DNA of 64,000 nucleotides from Octopus vulgaris (lineage: Eukaryota), in contig OX597836.1 in the NCBI GenBank assembly GCA_951406725.2, forward strand, positions 50,220,001 to 50,284,000, written 5' to 3'. Position numbers and translations under genes: made by a program. This document shows positions 31,215-45,200 of the stretch, in pieces (position 1 is the stretch's first letter; every line of letters begins with the position of its first letter). The notes beneath the pieces are model-generated. The model was given only the letters and a program-made list of their open reading frames with translations, was not told the DNA's origin and ran no database searches.

Positions 31215-31505
31215 AGACATTACATAAAACTTAGATAAAACTTAGATATGTTTCGACCACAGATTGGTCCAGGCCATGTCTAACTTAATAGCACCACCTG
31301 ATAGGATTATCTAAATCCTGTTTAAGTCAAGTTTTGTTTATGGTCCATTTAAGTAGTGAGTTTTTGTTGGGTGAGTTGTATCCAATTATGGGTGGTTTAT
31401 CTGGTATTCCTTGAAGGAATCTATCCAGACTCCGTTTAAAGTTGATGGGATCCTTTTCCTCTTTGATCTCTTTCGGGACAATGTTAAATAGGGCAGGGCC
31501 TGTTG
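31215..31505 (-). mobile_element. 3' end of a related CR1/L2-group LINE
   Basis: GPALFNIVPKEIK...FKRSLDRFLQGIPDKPP. Shares CAGGTGGTGCTATTAAGTTAGACATGGCCTGG with the 17440 copy. Tail (ATCTAAGTTTT)2. Confidence 0.8.
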
Positions 31506-31561
31506 AGGAAGATATATATATTTATATATTATATCAATCAATCAATCAATGTGCCTGTCTG

Positions 31562-31690
<129 letters not shown>

Positions 31691-32105
31691 CAAAATCAAG
31701 GAACGGCCATAATAGGCCATTCACCCACTAGAAATAACAGCCAAAGCTTCAACCGCAAAACAACATTAATTCCGCAAACCAGGAGAAAATTAAAAAAACA
31801 TTTACCCTGTAGTTCCTTATACGATGCACCGTTTCATCTATTGTTTAATGGTAAACTAACCTGATTAAATTAAATCAAGCTAATCTTCCATAGGCCGATA
31901 GATTCGTCAGTAAAGAACAGCCAGATCGGAGCAGATATTTACACGAGGCATTTCTATCAGTGTCTCGGCAATATCTGACCTAAAATTTTCAAATCATCGC
32001 ACTCGCGCCAAATTTATCGGCAGCAAATATAAGCCGCCGATTCCATTACGGAATCAACCTATTGTGCCTATAGTAGAAAGGATTATATATATATATATAT
32101 ATAAA

Positions 32106-32314
32106 TCCTTTCTACTATAGGCACAAGGCCTGAAATTTGGAGGAGGGGAATAGTCGATTACATCAACCCCAGTACTCAACTGGTACTTAATTTATCAAGC
32201 CTGAAAGGATGAAAGGCAAAGTCGACCTCAGTGTTATTTGAACTCAGAACGTATCAGCAGATGAAATACTGCTAACCATTTTGCCTGGCATGCTAACAAT
32301 TCTGCCAGCTCACC
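32106..32314 (-). mobile_element. tRNA-derived SINE family B (other copies ~11028-11167 +, 23320-23534 -, 25255-25458 -, 41315-41683 -, 42522-42705 -, 57850-58058 -)
   Basis: GAGCTGGCAGAAT A-box-like head, GAGTTCAAAT B-box, GGTCGACTTTGCCTTTCATCCTTTC body, CTTGTGCCTATAGTAGAAAG tail. Confidence 0.85.
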
Positions 32315-32315
32315 T

Positions 32316-32349
<34 letters not shown>

Positions 32350-32628
32350 TGTATGTATGTATGTATGTATGTATGTATGCATGTATGTATGCATGTATGT
32401 ATGTATGTATGTATGTATGTATGTGTGTATGTATGTATGTATGTATGTATATAAATATATAAGGGGAGCTGGAAGAATATATATATATATATATCATTTA
32501 TTTTTATATAAGTATACACACACACAAATATATATTATATTATGTACATATTTCTTATATATATAAAATCATATTTATTATCTATATATATATAAATATA
32601 TAGATAGATAGATAATAAAATATATATA

Positions 32629-32677
<49 letters not shown>

Positions 32678-32708
32678 GCATGTATGTATGTATGTATGTA
32701 TGTATGTA

Positions 32709-32746
<38 letters not shown>

Positions 32747-33104
32747 TGAGAGAGAGAGAGAGAGTGAGAGAAAGAGGGAGAGAGTGAAGGTGGAAGAAGA
32801 ATGGTAGAAATGTCTCAGCTTTGTTTTGCCAGGGTAGGAATTTCCTGTTTCTGCAGAGCAAACATCTTCACAGATGGCACCACTGACAAATTCTTCAAAA
32901 GCACCCAAACTGTTTTCATTAAGATGCTAATACAGCAACCAACAGATTTCGTTGTTTAATTCCATGGTTAGCCCTAACGGAGCAGGCTTGCAATCAAAGA
33001 CATTCCATTTGTGACCACCCTGACTCCTTTTTTTTTTATTTCAGATATTATCTACAACTGCAATATCCAATGTGTTCTTCGGTTTTTAACACATTTTCTT
33101 TTCC

Positions 33105-33470
33105 TTGTTTCAGTCATTTGACTGCGACCATGCTGGGGCACCACCTTTTTAGCCGAATGAGTTGACTCCAGGACTTTTTTTTTTCAAGCCTGATACTTCA
33201 TTCTCTCACTCTCTTTGGCTGAACTGCTAAGTGATGGGGATATAAACACACCAACACCGGTTGTCAAACGGAGGTGGGGGACACAGATACACACACACAT
33301 ATAAATTATATGACAGGCTTCTTTCAAATCCACTCACATTGCTTTGGTCAGCCCAAGGCAACTCTTTGGTCAGCCCAAGGCAATTCTTTTCTAAGGTGCC
33401 ACACAGTGAAACTGAACCTAGAACCATGTGGTTGGGAAGCAAGCTTCTTACCACTCAGCCATGCCTGCAC
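33105..33470 (-). mobile_element. SINE family A, older copy
   Basis: Diverged reverse-complement match. Confidence 0.75.
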
Positions 33471-34076
33471 CATAGGTGTTATTTAAAAATTATTTTATAT
33501 CTGGTTGCTATTTCTAGCATGCTGGGTGACCAGTTAGAGGCTTCTTCATTAACTCAATAAATCAAGCAATTTCTTTATCATTTCTTCTTATCTCTATTTT
33601 ATGGCCTCTACCTTTTTTTAAGCTATCCATCCCCACCCCACACACATCTAATGCCACCAACCCACAAAGCCTACAAAGGATCAACATCTGCCAGTCATTC
33701 CAGCAAAACCCCTCCCAAACACAGGCTACCATTGACATTGTGCCCTAAATATATTTTGCCTGAATGAGATTATACTGTTGCTGATACTGCAACTATTGTT
33801 GTTGTTGTTGTTGTGGTTATTTAGCCCAGAGCCAACAGGATCCAGGAGTCCCAACAGGTCAGGTATGAAGAGCATACACCATTGCAGTGCGTTGCTGCAC
33901 TCACCATTTGTCGGTATTTTCCTGGGGTCATTTCTGGGTGACCAGTCAAGCAAACTCCCTGTCAGTCCCCTTCTCCGAGAGATAACTCCTCATCTCCTGT
34001 CAGCTTGTGGCATGTGGTCAACTGATATCATCCATCAACCCAACTGGATCCTCGGTGAAGAGAACATGGCAAGCAG

Positions 34077-34282
34077 GTGATGGTATGTTGTCAACTTAAT
34101 GTGGCAGTCCCATGAAAGGAAAGAATGCTACTGTTATTTAGCCCTAAGAAGCACCCTTTGTAAACATAAGGACACAGAAAATGAGTCAAGTCCAACAGGA
34201 AACGGTGTTTCCTAGGGCTAAATAACAGTAGCATTCTTCCCTTTCATGGGACTGTCACATTAAGTTGGCAACATACCATCAC
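34077..34282. repeat. Fold-back element, ~80-bp inverted arms with ~48-bp spacer
   Basis: GTGATGGTATGTTGTCAACTTAATGTGG...GCCCTAAG pairs with CTAGGGC...CATTAAGTTGGCAACATACCATCAC, differing by a few transitions. Confidence 0.85.
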
Positions 34283-34832
34283 TTTATCGTGATGCTACTG
34301 CATAAATCTCTCTGAGAGATTTAGAAATGCATTATTTCTATGGTAAGCAGGGTCTAACATGGAAAATCAAGCCACATGGTCAAACAGCCTGACTCAGTGC
34401 TCCCAAATCATCCAAGTAACAGATGCATCCCAGTTTCCAGGTAGAGTTGCTGGCTGGATACAAAATCCAACCAATGGTAACCCATAACTATTACAAAGCT
34501 TCCTGGTTCCAAATGAGTTCAGGTGGCTCCTAAGGGCCCAAGACAAAGTCCAAATATCACAACTATAGAGCAGGTCAGGGAGGACCAGATATTGATGATC
34601 AAAGCTAATCTAACCGTGACCACCCCATCTTTTTATTGCAGGCCGTGTATCTATGATTGTATTATCTAATGTGTCCTTTTCTGCTTTTAGGTGGTAAGCT
34701 TTGATTTAAGGGATCTAGCCGTTATTTCTAGCAGGTCTCAAAGCTACCACATTGTATAATCAACTCTGGTTGTGGTGGTACAGTACGATGGCAGGGAGCT
34801 TGAAAGATGAGAGAAATGATGGACTAATAGGG

Positions 34833-34910
<78 letters not shown>

Positions 34911-35007
34911 CACATGCTATTAGTGAATGTGCAAGTGTTACATAACTGAAACTTAAAAAGGAGCTGTGAATGCTACCCTTGTAGAATGAATAAATAAATA
35001 AATAAAG

Positions 35008-35158
35008 AAGGCTGTGTAACAAGTAGCTTGCCTACCAACCACATGGTTCCGGGTTCAGTCCTGTCGCATGGCACCTTGGGCAAGTGTCTTCTACTATAGC
35101 CTCGGGACAACCAAAGCCTTGTGAGTGGATTTAGTAGATGGAAACTGAAAGAAGCCTG

Positions 35159-35194
<36 letters not shown>

Positions 35195-35445
35195 ATGTAT
35201 GTATGTATGTATATATGTGTGTGTGTGTATATGTTTGTGTCTATGTTTATTCCTCCAACATCGCTTGACAACCGATGCTGGTGTGTTTACGTCTCCGTAA
35301 CTTAACGGTTCAACAAAAGAGACTGATCGAATAAGTAGTAGTGCTTACAAAGAATAACTCCTGGGGTCAATTTGCTCGATTAAAGGTGGTGCTCCAGCAT
35401 GGCCGTAGTCAAATGACTGAAACAAGTAAAAGACTAAAAGAATAA
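35008..35445 (+). mobile_element. SINE family A
   Basis: Same head, core and tail. Confidence 0.85.
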
Positions 35446-35447
35446 AT

Positions 35448-35672
35448 ATATTGTATAATGGATCGTGGGTAAAGCCAAAACAATGCAAAGTAAATCACAA
35501 GAAAACAAATATGTTGCCAACAACATTCGTCTGTTTCTCAAAAATGGGGTCATAACCCTGAAATATTGAATACAAGGTAAGTCTACATCAATTCACATTT
35601 TTGTTTTCTTGTGATTTATCTTGCATTTACTTCGCATTGTTTTGGCCTTACCCACGATCTTTTACACCATAT
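35448..35672. repeat. Imperfect inverted repeat (~65-bp arms)
   Basis: GATCGTGGGTAAAGCCAAAACAATGCAAAGTAAAT / ATTTACTTCGCATTGTTTTGGCCTTACCCACGATC, plus TCACAAGAAAACAAA / TTTGTTTTCTTGTGA. Confidence 0.75.
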
Positions 35673-35993
35673 ACCATCATCATCATCATCATCATCATTT
35701 AGCGTCCGTTTTCCATGCTAGCATGGGTTGGAGAAATATGTGGGTCTGTGAAGCATACGAACGGATGGTGTTTTTTATGTGCCACCGGCACGAGGGCCAG
35801 GCGAGGCTGGCAACGAACACGAAACGGGGCGGTGCTGGCAACGGTCGCGAAACGGAAGGTTCTCTTACATGCCACCGGCACTGGTAACACATCTGCAATT
35901 TCCATTGATCGATTTCCAATGGTAGCACATATATATATATATGGCATATCTGCCTTTCACTCTGTGCGATATATATAAAGTGACAGAAGTTGG

Positions 35994-36024
<31 letters not shown>

Positions 36025-36142
36025 ATTCCTCCGTTATTGCCTGGAGGACTATGATAAATAGGAGGGGGCTGAGTAAATATATATAATTTCTCCTGCAGCT
36101 GCCTTACCAGGAATATTTTCCCTGGCACAAACCCAAACTGCA

Positions 36143-36222
<80 letters not shown>

Positions 36223-36227
36223 GCACA

Positions 36228-36389
36228 GGCACAGGAGTGGCTGTGTGGTAAGTAGCTTGCTAACCAACCACATGGTCCCGGGTTCAGTCCCACTGCATAG
36301 CATCTTGGGCAAGTGTCTTCTACTATAGACCCGGGCCGACCAATGCCTTGTGAGTGGATTTGGTAGACGGAAACTGAAAGAAGCCTGTC

Positions 36390-36447
<58 letters not shown>

Positions 36448-36650
36448 TTGTGTGTCTGTGTTTGTCCCCCTAGCATTGCTTGACAACCGATGCTGGTGTG
36501 TTTACGTCCCTGTCACTTAGCAGTTCGGCAAAAGAGACCGATAGAATAAGTACTGGGCTTACAAAGAATAAGTCCCAGGGTTGATTTGCTCGACTAAAGG
36601 CGGTGCTCCAGCATGGCCACAGTCAAATGACTGAAACAAGTAAAAGAGAT
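36228..36650 (+). mobile_element. SINE family A
   Basis: Near-identical to 52024-52430. Confidence 0.9.
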
Positions 36651-36952
36651 AAAAGAGAAAAATACACACACACACACACGTGTAAATATTTTACAGAAAA
36701 TAAAGGAAGTCTTGAATGCAGAATAACTGTTTAGAAGATTGGGTAAATATCCTTAGAAGACAGGAAAAGGTGTCCAGCAAGCTGCTTACAGAAAAAAATA
36801 CTCTATACCCGTCAAATTCTGGCTGAGCACTCATAGCAGCTTTGCTGGCCACTTTTTCCTCACCTCAAAGGCTCTTTACCCAACCTGCTAAGCTGGTTCC
36901 ACAGCTATTCTGCATTTAAAACTTACTCTCTTGGCACTTCTAAGTGGGTTTG

Positions 36953-36994
<42 letters not shown>

Positions 36995-37397
36995 CTCTTA
37001 CTCTTTTACTCTTTTACTTGTTTCAGTCATTTGACTGCGGCCATGCTGGAGCACCACCTTTAGTCGTGCAACTCGACCCCGGGACTTATTCTTTGTAAGC
37101 CCAGTACTTATTCTATCGGTCTCTTTTTGCCGAACTGCTAAGTGACGGGGACATAAACACACCAGCATCGGTTGTCAAGCAATGCTAGGGGGACAGACAC
37201 AGACACACAAACATACACGCACACATACATACTTATATACATATATACGACGTGCTTCTTTCAGTTTCCGTCTACCAAATCCACTCACAAGGCTTTGGTC
37301 GGCCCGAGGCTATAGTGGAAGGTGCCACGCAGTGAGACTGAACCCGGAACCATGTGGTTGGTAGGCAAGCTACTTACCACACAACCACTCCTGCGCC
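36995..37397 (-). mobile_element. SINE family A (inverted relative to 36228-36650)
   Basis: Reverse complement of family A. Confidence 0.9.
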
Positions 37398-37514
37398 TAT
37401 ATATATATGCTGTCTTTATATATATATAGATATATATATCTGCTGTCTTTGACAATGCTACTCTTCTGTCTTTGAAAACATCTTTCTTCACCCTTTTCCT
37501 TCCGGTCTTTCAAA

Positions 37515-37713
37515 ATGTGACCTCGTGTGTACCGTTAGCAATTTTTTTTTCCTCTGTCTTCCCTTCTCTGGATCTTTCCTCCTCCTATGTTTCTGACGAA
37601 GAGCTCCGCTCGAAACGTTAAACCCTCCTTCTTTCCTGAGTATCCAATAATACTATATTTGTTCCACGTCCTCGCGTTGTTGTTTTTTTTTGTGCTTTCT
37701 TGTTTGGATTAAC
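37515..37713 (+). mobile_element. Short Penelope-terminus-like repeat carrying a hammerhead motif (copy 2)
   Basis: Reverse-complement match to 14563-14768. Abuts a (TA)n run. Confidence 0.6.
37589..37623 (+). ncRNA. Minimal type I hammerhead ribozyme motif
   Basis: GUUU CUGACGA A GAGC-UCC-GCUC GAAA CGU U AAAC: intact core, helix I, helix II and a palindromic ACGU helix III. Confidence 0.65.
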
Positions 37714-37719
37714 TATATA

Positions 37720-37757
<38 letters not shown>

Positions 37758-40119
37758 TATAAATGACGAGAGAAATAGTTTGATAAAATTACTGTATACA
37801 TCCGATGTTTTGTACGAATGATAACTGTTTAGTTTTTGCGTACCACCAGATTAGTAGAATCCATACATCGACTTAAATTTTTACACACACACACACACGC
37901 GCATAATATAATTACATGTTTGGGTACCTTTAGTAAATACAACTATACACCTCATTTATTAAATACAGGGGCCAATATAGATTAATACACAAAATGTCTA
38001 AAAAAAAACTCACCTAGTGAAGAGGGTTGCTAGAAACTCAACAGGACTAAAAACAAATCCTGTCAAAAGGTGAGATGAACCCAGAGTAAGCTCAATGACT
38101 TTCTAGGAATAGCGTGGGCCCTCAGAAATTCCAGGTTGGTGTCTGGCATGCTGGAAGACTACAGAGTGTGGGTACACCTCAGTTTTTGTTAAAGCATGTC
38201 TGATATAAAACCTGATATTCAGGGAATGGTATGGGACTATTTTAGGGATCTTTTACTTGCATTTGATATCAATGGCACTCCTACATTCGTGAGCCTGAGA
38301 CCCATGTGAGCACTGAATATCTTGCCCTGACTTGTCTCTGAATCATGCTGACAGAATGGTCTTTGAGGTGTTGTGCAAACCTTAATTGGACCTAAAATTC
38401 TGCACAGATATTGCTTTGTCAGTGATGGTCAAACTCACTGGCAAGTCGATAGCCATCACATATAACCTGTAATACAAGCATTGTAAAGTTACATTCACCA
38501 TAGATACACACATAAACACACAAATTATATTCTTTTACCTGGGTCAGTCGTTGGATCTCAACCAAGCTCAGACTCTGCTTTCAAATGTTTTGTAGTCATC
38601 ATATCAAACTCACTACTTAGTCTTGTACTCATCTAACCAACTTCTATTGCACAAATGGCTAAGTCCACCAGATTTGTGTCCCTTTACTGAGTTTCCTCCC
38701 TTCTATAAATTTGTATTTATACCAATTGACACCAATAAACAGAGATACACATATATACAAAGTGGGCCAAGTATTTGTGAACAAAATTTTCAAAGCCATA
38801 AATGGAAGGTGGCAGTCTATGTCCCAAATTTGATCTTCATTTCTTTTTCAGATATGTTGACAAATCAAACAAAGCAGGTTCCAATGGTCATGGTTTTTGT
38901 TGCCAATCACACTCTTCTATGTGTCTGAGTCCTTTTGCATTCAGTGCCAAAAGAAAACTAAAGGCCTGTGGCGGTGGTGATGTATCATTTTTAGTCAAAA
39001 GAAAGGAACATTCTCAGAGATCAGGTGTCTGAGTTTGTCCAGTAGGTTCAAGACTAGATTTGTCAATAATCCAGACAGATTGATAAGGGCTGATAACAAA
39101 CAGCTCAAGGTGACAAGAGTGAGATGTGTGGCGCATAAGTTGAGATCTATGTCCTACATAATGAAGAAAGGAGCAGTTCATGTCAAGCAAGACTCAGAAA
39201 TTTCAGGTATTTCCTTTGGCACCATCGAATTAAATGAACTACTGCTCTGTATAGCATTCCATGAGAGAGGCAAGATCAGATCCCTGAGCAGACAAGTGGA
39301 CTGAGTTCAACAATTGCCAGATGGTTGTTGAAGTGGGATCTGTATATAGGTGTTCTTCCTGCTATAGTATTTGAGAGTGAAAATACTATTGTCTTGTCAG
39401 TACTAGCTAACCATAACACGATATGTCTTAAAGAAAATCTGGCATGTGTTTCTTAGTGAGAACTGGTGCCTTACAAGAGTAGGAAATTCCTGGATAGATT
39501 CATGGAGGTGTCTAGATTATGAGGAGTGTCAAAGCACATTTTTGTCTTCCTAGCTTTCTTCTGATTAGGAGTAATAAGGAAACTAGTTTCCCCTTGAAGT
39601 CTCCTTGGTTTGTGCCTCATTATAAAAGGGAGCTCCTCTGTAAAAATTGCTTCATCCAAGGAGAGATTATTGAGTCTCTCCTACTTATAGCAGCCATCAA
39701 TTTTCCAATAACAGTTGGGGTGGTTAGAATGTCTGTGAAGATATACTGTCTTCCCTTTCAGCTTCCTACAGGAGCAGTTGACTAGTATTAGATTGATACA
39801 ATTCATTACATATGAAACAAACTCTTTGGATATGTCTATCTGTTCCTTCATAAATCTGTCCATGGCATGACATTCATATTGCAAGAGATCTCTAGGTTAT
39901 CTTCTTTGTACAGATCAGATCTATGTGGTAAGGTTTGCTAAGTGCATCAAGGATGAACAGGTGTACATTGGCTACCTTAGCCCCATCATATCTTCTCAAA
40001 ACAACAATGGGCCACTTTTTTTTTTGACTCAATATGAATTATCACATAACAATAACTAGCCAGTGGTCATCCTCCTCCTCCTCCTAATGGCTGAATGTCT
40101 AATATCTAGATTGCTCATC

Positions 40120-40740
40120 ATCTGGTCAAGCGGCACACACCATCCCTCTTGATTCTGCATTAATTGAGGGAAGTCTTCGAAGAGACAACCAGTGTCTCTG
40201 GTGAGTTGCTTTACATATAGTGTTTGGACATGCTTTGGCATCCATACCAGCATTGTCCTCCTGCAAATGCCTTTCCTTTATAAGAGTGGACACAGGCAGA
40301 TCTCCATACAACCGTTTCTTAGTGGGACAACATATGTTTAAGGTTGCTCTTAACATGTGAGTGTAGGTTCCATTGAGCTTGGATTCCAGATTTGGGGTAA
40401 GCATCCAGGCTGTTGCTCCATTTAAAAGGGCCGACTCTTACCATTGCATGGGGAAAAATCTCCTCTTTAGATTAGTGGGAATTGATTTCCAGACTAAATC
40501 CATGCTTTGGCTAATTACCACAAATTGTTTCCCCAAATTCCAAGGCTTTCAGGAAGAGAGATTTTGGATAGAGATCTACAACACCAAAGCCAACTTCTCA
40601 GCCAATCAAACCAAATGGTCGTGGCTGGAGTACCTCTCCGTACATGACCTCTTCAACCAACGTCCAGAGCCATTCAAGCTGTCACCACTCTGCCTTGTTG
40701 AGATTAGACTCTACACTAAAACATAACAACAAAGGTTTAT
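40120..40740 (-). mobile_element. Degraded RTE-X/Proto2-like LINE 3' fragment
   Basis: LESKLNGTYTHMLRATLNI...KRLYGDLPVSTLIKERHL resembles LDGCYTRMLRAALN...ELYG.LP. Confidence 0.6.
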
Positions 40741-40779
40741 CAGATGTTATAAATATTCTTTATTTAAATACATATTTAC

Positions 40780-40814
<35 letters not shown>

Positions 40815-42130
40815 GCAACAACATAACAAAAAACGTAAAAGAAACCATAATGCAATTACAGTTTGAATAAACAGCATTAAGGGAGGGGTAGTCGATTCAA
40901 TCAGGTCCCAGAAATATTACTGGTATCTATTTCATCAACCACTTCTCCCATCCCAGAGGAACAAGAAGTGAAGTCAGTCTCAACAAGGCTTGGATTTATG
41001 CAATAAAGGGACGTAACGAAATATCACAAAGCATTTCTGCCTGACTTTTTACTCTTTCTACAACCCTAGGACCCTTAAATAATGACACAAGGGGCCAGAT
41101 ATTTGGTGGAAGGCAGACAAAGTGGAGTAGGAGGAGGAAGAAAGTTGATTATAGCACCTGACAGAACCCCTACCTCCTTGCCTAACGGATAAGGGGTTAA
41201 GTTGGCAGGCCCTGGATGTAAAGGGAGTAACCACATAACACCACCAGGTATTTAGTTTGATGCCCAACTACTTCTCTCACTGCCCCCCCCCCCTCACTGT
41301 CCATTAATAATAACAGTTTCTAATTAAGGCACAAAATCTGAAATTTGGGGGAAGGACGAGATTACAACCCCACAAAAATGAAAGCTCAAAGTTGACCTTG
41401 TCAGAATTTGAACTCAGAACATAAAGAGCCAGAAGGAATTCCACGAAGCGTTGGGTCAGACAATTCTGCCAGCTTCTCACATTGGTGTGTGACAATAATA
41501 ATCCTGGCACAAGGTCTGAAACTTGAGGAGAAGGGGCTTGGTCAATTCCTCAACTGATATTTCATTTTATTGACCCCCGAAAGGATGAACGGCAAAGTCA
41601 ACTTCACTGGAATTTGAACTCGGAACCTAAAGATGGAAGAAATGGTGCTAAGCATTTTGTCCGGCAGAGCAACAATTCTGCCAATAATAATAATAATAAT
41701 AATGGTGACTTTCCACATAAACATAACAGAGCCAAAGGGAGTTTGTGGTGTTCAAGGCTTTCCTAGGGGCCACTGATAATATAGATAAAAAAAGACAAGA
41801 ATTGACACCTAATTTGCCAAAAACTTACTCTGAACCAAAGAAGCTGTGACATACATAAAACAGAAAGCCATTAAGTGGTTGCACTTCTGCTTGAAATAAC
41901 AGCCAAAACTTCCACAAATCACATTCTACTGTCTTAAATAACATGACAATAGTGTTATTCATAATCACCATCACAATTACAGGGTTTAAAAGACAATGAG
42001 GTTGCCTGTACCTGGTCATTCAAACTGCTAGAAATAACAGTCAGATCTTAAATCACACTCAACAGTTTTTCAAAAAGAATTTTTTAAAAAGGGAAGGATG
42101 CATTAGAAACTATAATCCTAAATATGTCAG

Positions 42131-42229
<99 letters not shown>

Positions 42230-45200
42230 CTGGTTGTTGTTGGCCCATCTCTGACCATAAGAACCACAGGAGGCTGACCTAGGTTGAAACAACAACACTC
42301 AAATACACAACGAAAATATACAATTAGCGAATCATTGAAAGATGTGAGATCAATACAAGTCAATGTATCCTGTCTGACATGTTTGTGAAGTGAGTTTCCA
42401 GTTAACATAAATAGGTGAACAGGTGTGTGTTTGTGTGTGTGTTTGTGAGAGAGTGTGTGTGTGTGTGAGAGAGTGTGTGTGTGTGTCACTACACAAAGAT
42501 GCAATCAAAGTCAAATATACTTTTCTACTCTAGGAACAAAGCCCAGAAATTTTGGGGGAAGAGGCCAGTCAATTAGATCAACCCCAGTATGCAACTGGTA
42601 CTTAATTTATCGACCCAAAATAATAAAAGGCAAAGTCAACCTTGGCAGAATTTGAACTCAGAACCTAAAGACAGACAAGATAGAGCCAAGCATTTCTCCC
42701 AGCTCATTGCTTTAATCAAAGTCAAATATTAGAAAAGGAAAGAAACCGATGTTGGTCTGCAGCAGCAAAGAAGTTCACAAAATGGGAGAAATTATTTAAG
42801 CATGTGGAAGAGAAGTCTAAGATTTCAGGTGGAATCAACCATTTTTCTCATGGAGAGTTATCAATAGATGTGGAGATGCTGGAAATGGCAAAGGTATTTT
42901 ATTTTTATTTTATCTAGTTTCAGCTCACAAGCTGTGGCCATGCTGGGGCACTGCCATTCATATTGCGAAAAGGAAAAAAATAAATAGATGTAAAGTATTG
43001 ATGTGAGAGATGAAGGCAGTGAGTTGATCTCCTCCAATTCTAAAGGTGCTGACAAAGTCATTGGTTTGATAATTGTACAATTCTAGGGAACCTGAACAGT
43101 TATAGGAAATTTCACCATAAACATTTTTGCTGTAGGAAAATTCACTGTAAAAAAAAAAAGAGAATAGCTGTTTTCTTAAAATGGCAACTTCACTAATTAA
43201 CCTGTCAATTAGAGAAAGGTAATTTCTTTAAAATGAGTTTTCTGGTTTACAGTCGGGTTGAATGCCTCCTTTAAGGCAACATTTCCCAAGGCAAAAATGT
43301 AAGCAGTGAATTTTCCAGACATGAAACTGAACACAAATCTAAGCCTCAATTAATACCTACAAAGTATTTGGAGTTAGAAGAGTTCATCTTGCTATCCAAA
43401 GTTGCAATGGTGGTTTGCGGAGAGAACTTACTGGAAAAGGAGAAGCAGTTCAGAATAAGGATAAATTTGGCAAAGAGGAGAAGGTGGTGGTGGTGGTGGT
43501 AGTGACAGGTATAAGGGAAGGGTGGAGATTAAAGAAGAGATAAGAGTCAGTCATCATAGAGGATGACAGTATATAAGGATTTTATGTCCAGAGAAAACAG
43601 GGAGATTTGAGGGTCCAGAAGGGGAGGAATTGAAAAAATTCAAGTAGGGTTCATATCACTGATATTAGAAGGCAGAGCAGTGAGATGAGTTTAATAAGGT
43701 AGGGGAGCTGAGTGAGACAGCTACACTGAAGGAGTTGAGGCGAATGGGATGGTTGAGCAACTTGGGGAGGAGTTTAGTAGTGATGTAAGGGACGGAGAAG
43801 GAGAAGGGGTTGGTTATCCTTTAATGGTTTGGGATAAAAGTTTTCGAATGTGAAGGGCAAAGTCTTTGGGTAACTTGTGATAGAAATTTGTATTGTTAAG
43901 CTACCAAAGAGTTTCTACTTGGTGGTAGAGGTCAGTTGACCAAAGAACAGTAGAAGCCCATTTGTTGGTTGGTCTTTATCAAAGTGTCAAAGTGTACAGA
44001 GTTTATGAAAGGTCATATGAAAAGCCATCGAGATGCTTTTTAAAGTTGAACCAATCCAGATTACATTGGCAAGTCTTTAGAAAGAATGCAACAGAGTTGA
44101 ACTCTGTGAAACCAGGTGTCCATGCAGAGCTAAGTCGTTTGAATACAATTAAGTTATTGGTTTGAAAGGATCCATCTTCTAAAGAAATGTCTTCAGTTGT
44201 GTTTGACAAAGGGACGACTCAATGTTAACACGGAGACCAAACTTATTCAGTGTATTATTGCGTGAGGATGAAGTTTCTGCCTCTGTCTAGCATGGAGCAT
44301 TCTATCACAAGCATCCAAGAGGAATAAATCATCTGGTATGGTGAGCACAGGGTAAAGTAGACGAGTGGATGGAGAGGAAAGCTGATTGCTGATTTAATGA
44401 AATTTAGTGGCTCTGTTGGTATTTTCGAAAGTGATGGAGTGTAATAGTGAGGTTGTGTATGTGGAAGAAGAGTTAATTGTGCAATGCAGAGGGACGAGAT
44501 TAATGTGAAGACATGGTAAGAGACAGGCTAGGGATCAGGGATGGAGGAAAATATGGAAGGATGGAAATTGAAGCAAGGGATCAAATTAAACTAGCAGCAG
44601 AATCCAAGAAAATAAATGTGGTTGCAAAAATTTGTTTTGGGAGAAAAAAGAATAGTGCAAGGCTGGGGTAGAAATGTTAGTGTTGGAAGAATCCTGCAGA
44701 AGATGAAGACATTCAAGATACGGTAAGAAGCAGAGGAAGCTGATTTCAGGATGATGAGAGACAAGTGATGAAGTGCATCTAATATATCCAGGAATGGAAA
44801 AGAGAAAACTAAAATGATGAAACTATGAATTGAAAAGAGAAAGAAAATAAAACTGCAGCATCCACAAGGAAACAATGATGAGTTGGTGGCTTGTAAGATG
44901 CTTTTGTTGTTTTAGGTTACAATGTGACAAGCCTTACACATTTGATCCAGAAGATGAGAGCTGGAGAAGGGTGCATCAGTACTCAGCAGACTGGGGCAGT
45001 GAAATAAAGAGTCTTGCTCAAGACACCACTTATCCAGGCCAGAAATCAAACCCACCACCTGATCATTATCAGCCCAAAACCCTAATCCCTCATGCTGCCT
45101 TCACTGTGTGTGGTTCTTTTCCTAATAATCTTAATCCCTTCCTTTTCTCTGTTTCCAAATTTGTTTTTTGTTTTTTTTTCTCTGCACAAATACTGTTATT

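Noticed and set aside
32786-32910. Candidate downstream exon ([21 protein letters not shown])
   Set aside because: No clear splice sites or homology, and the ICAP-1 CDS already terminates at 46360.
38070-39950. Long non-repetitive stretch that might be coding (also 43330-44870 and 1000-2500)
   Set aside because: Only short broken frames with faint LINE-like remnants, too degraded to classify.
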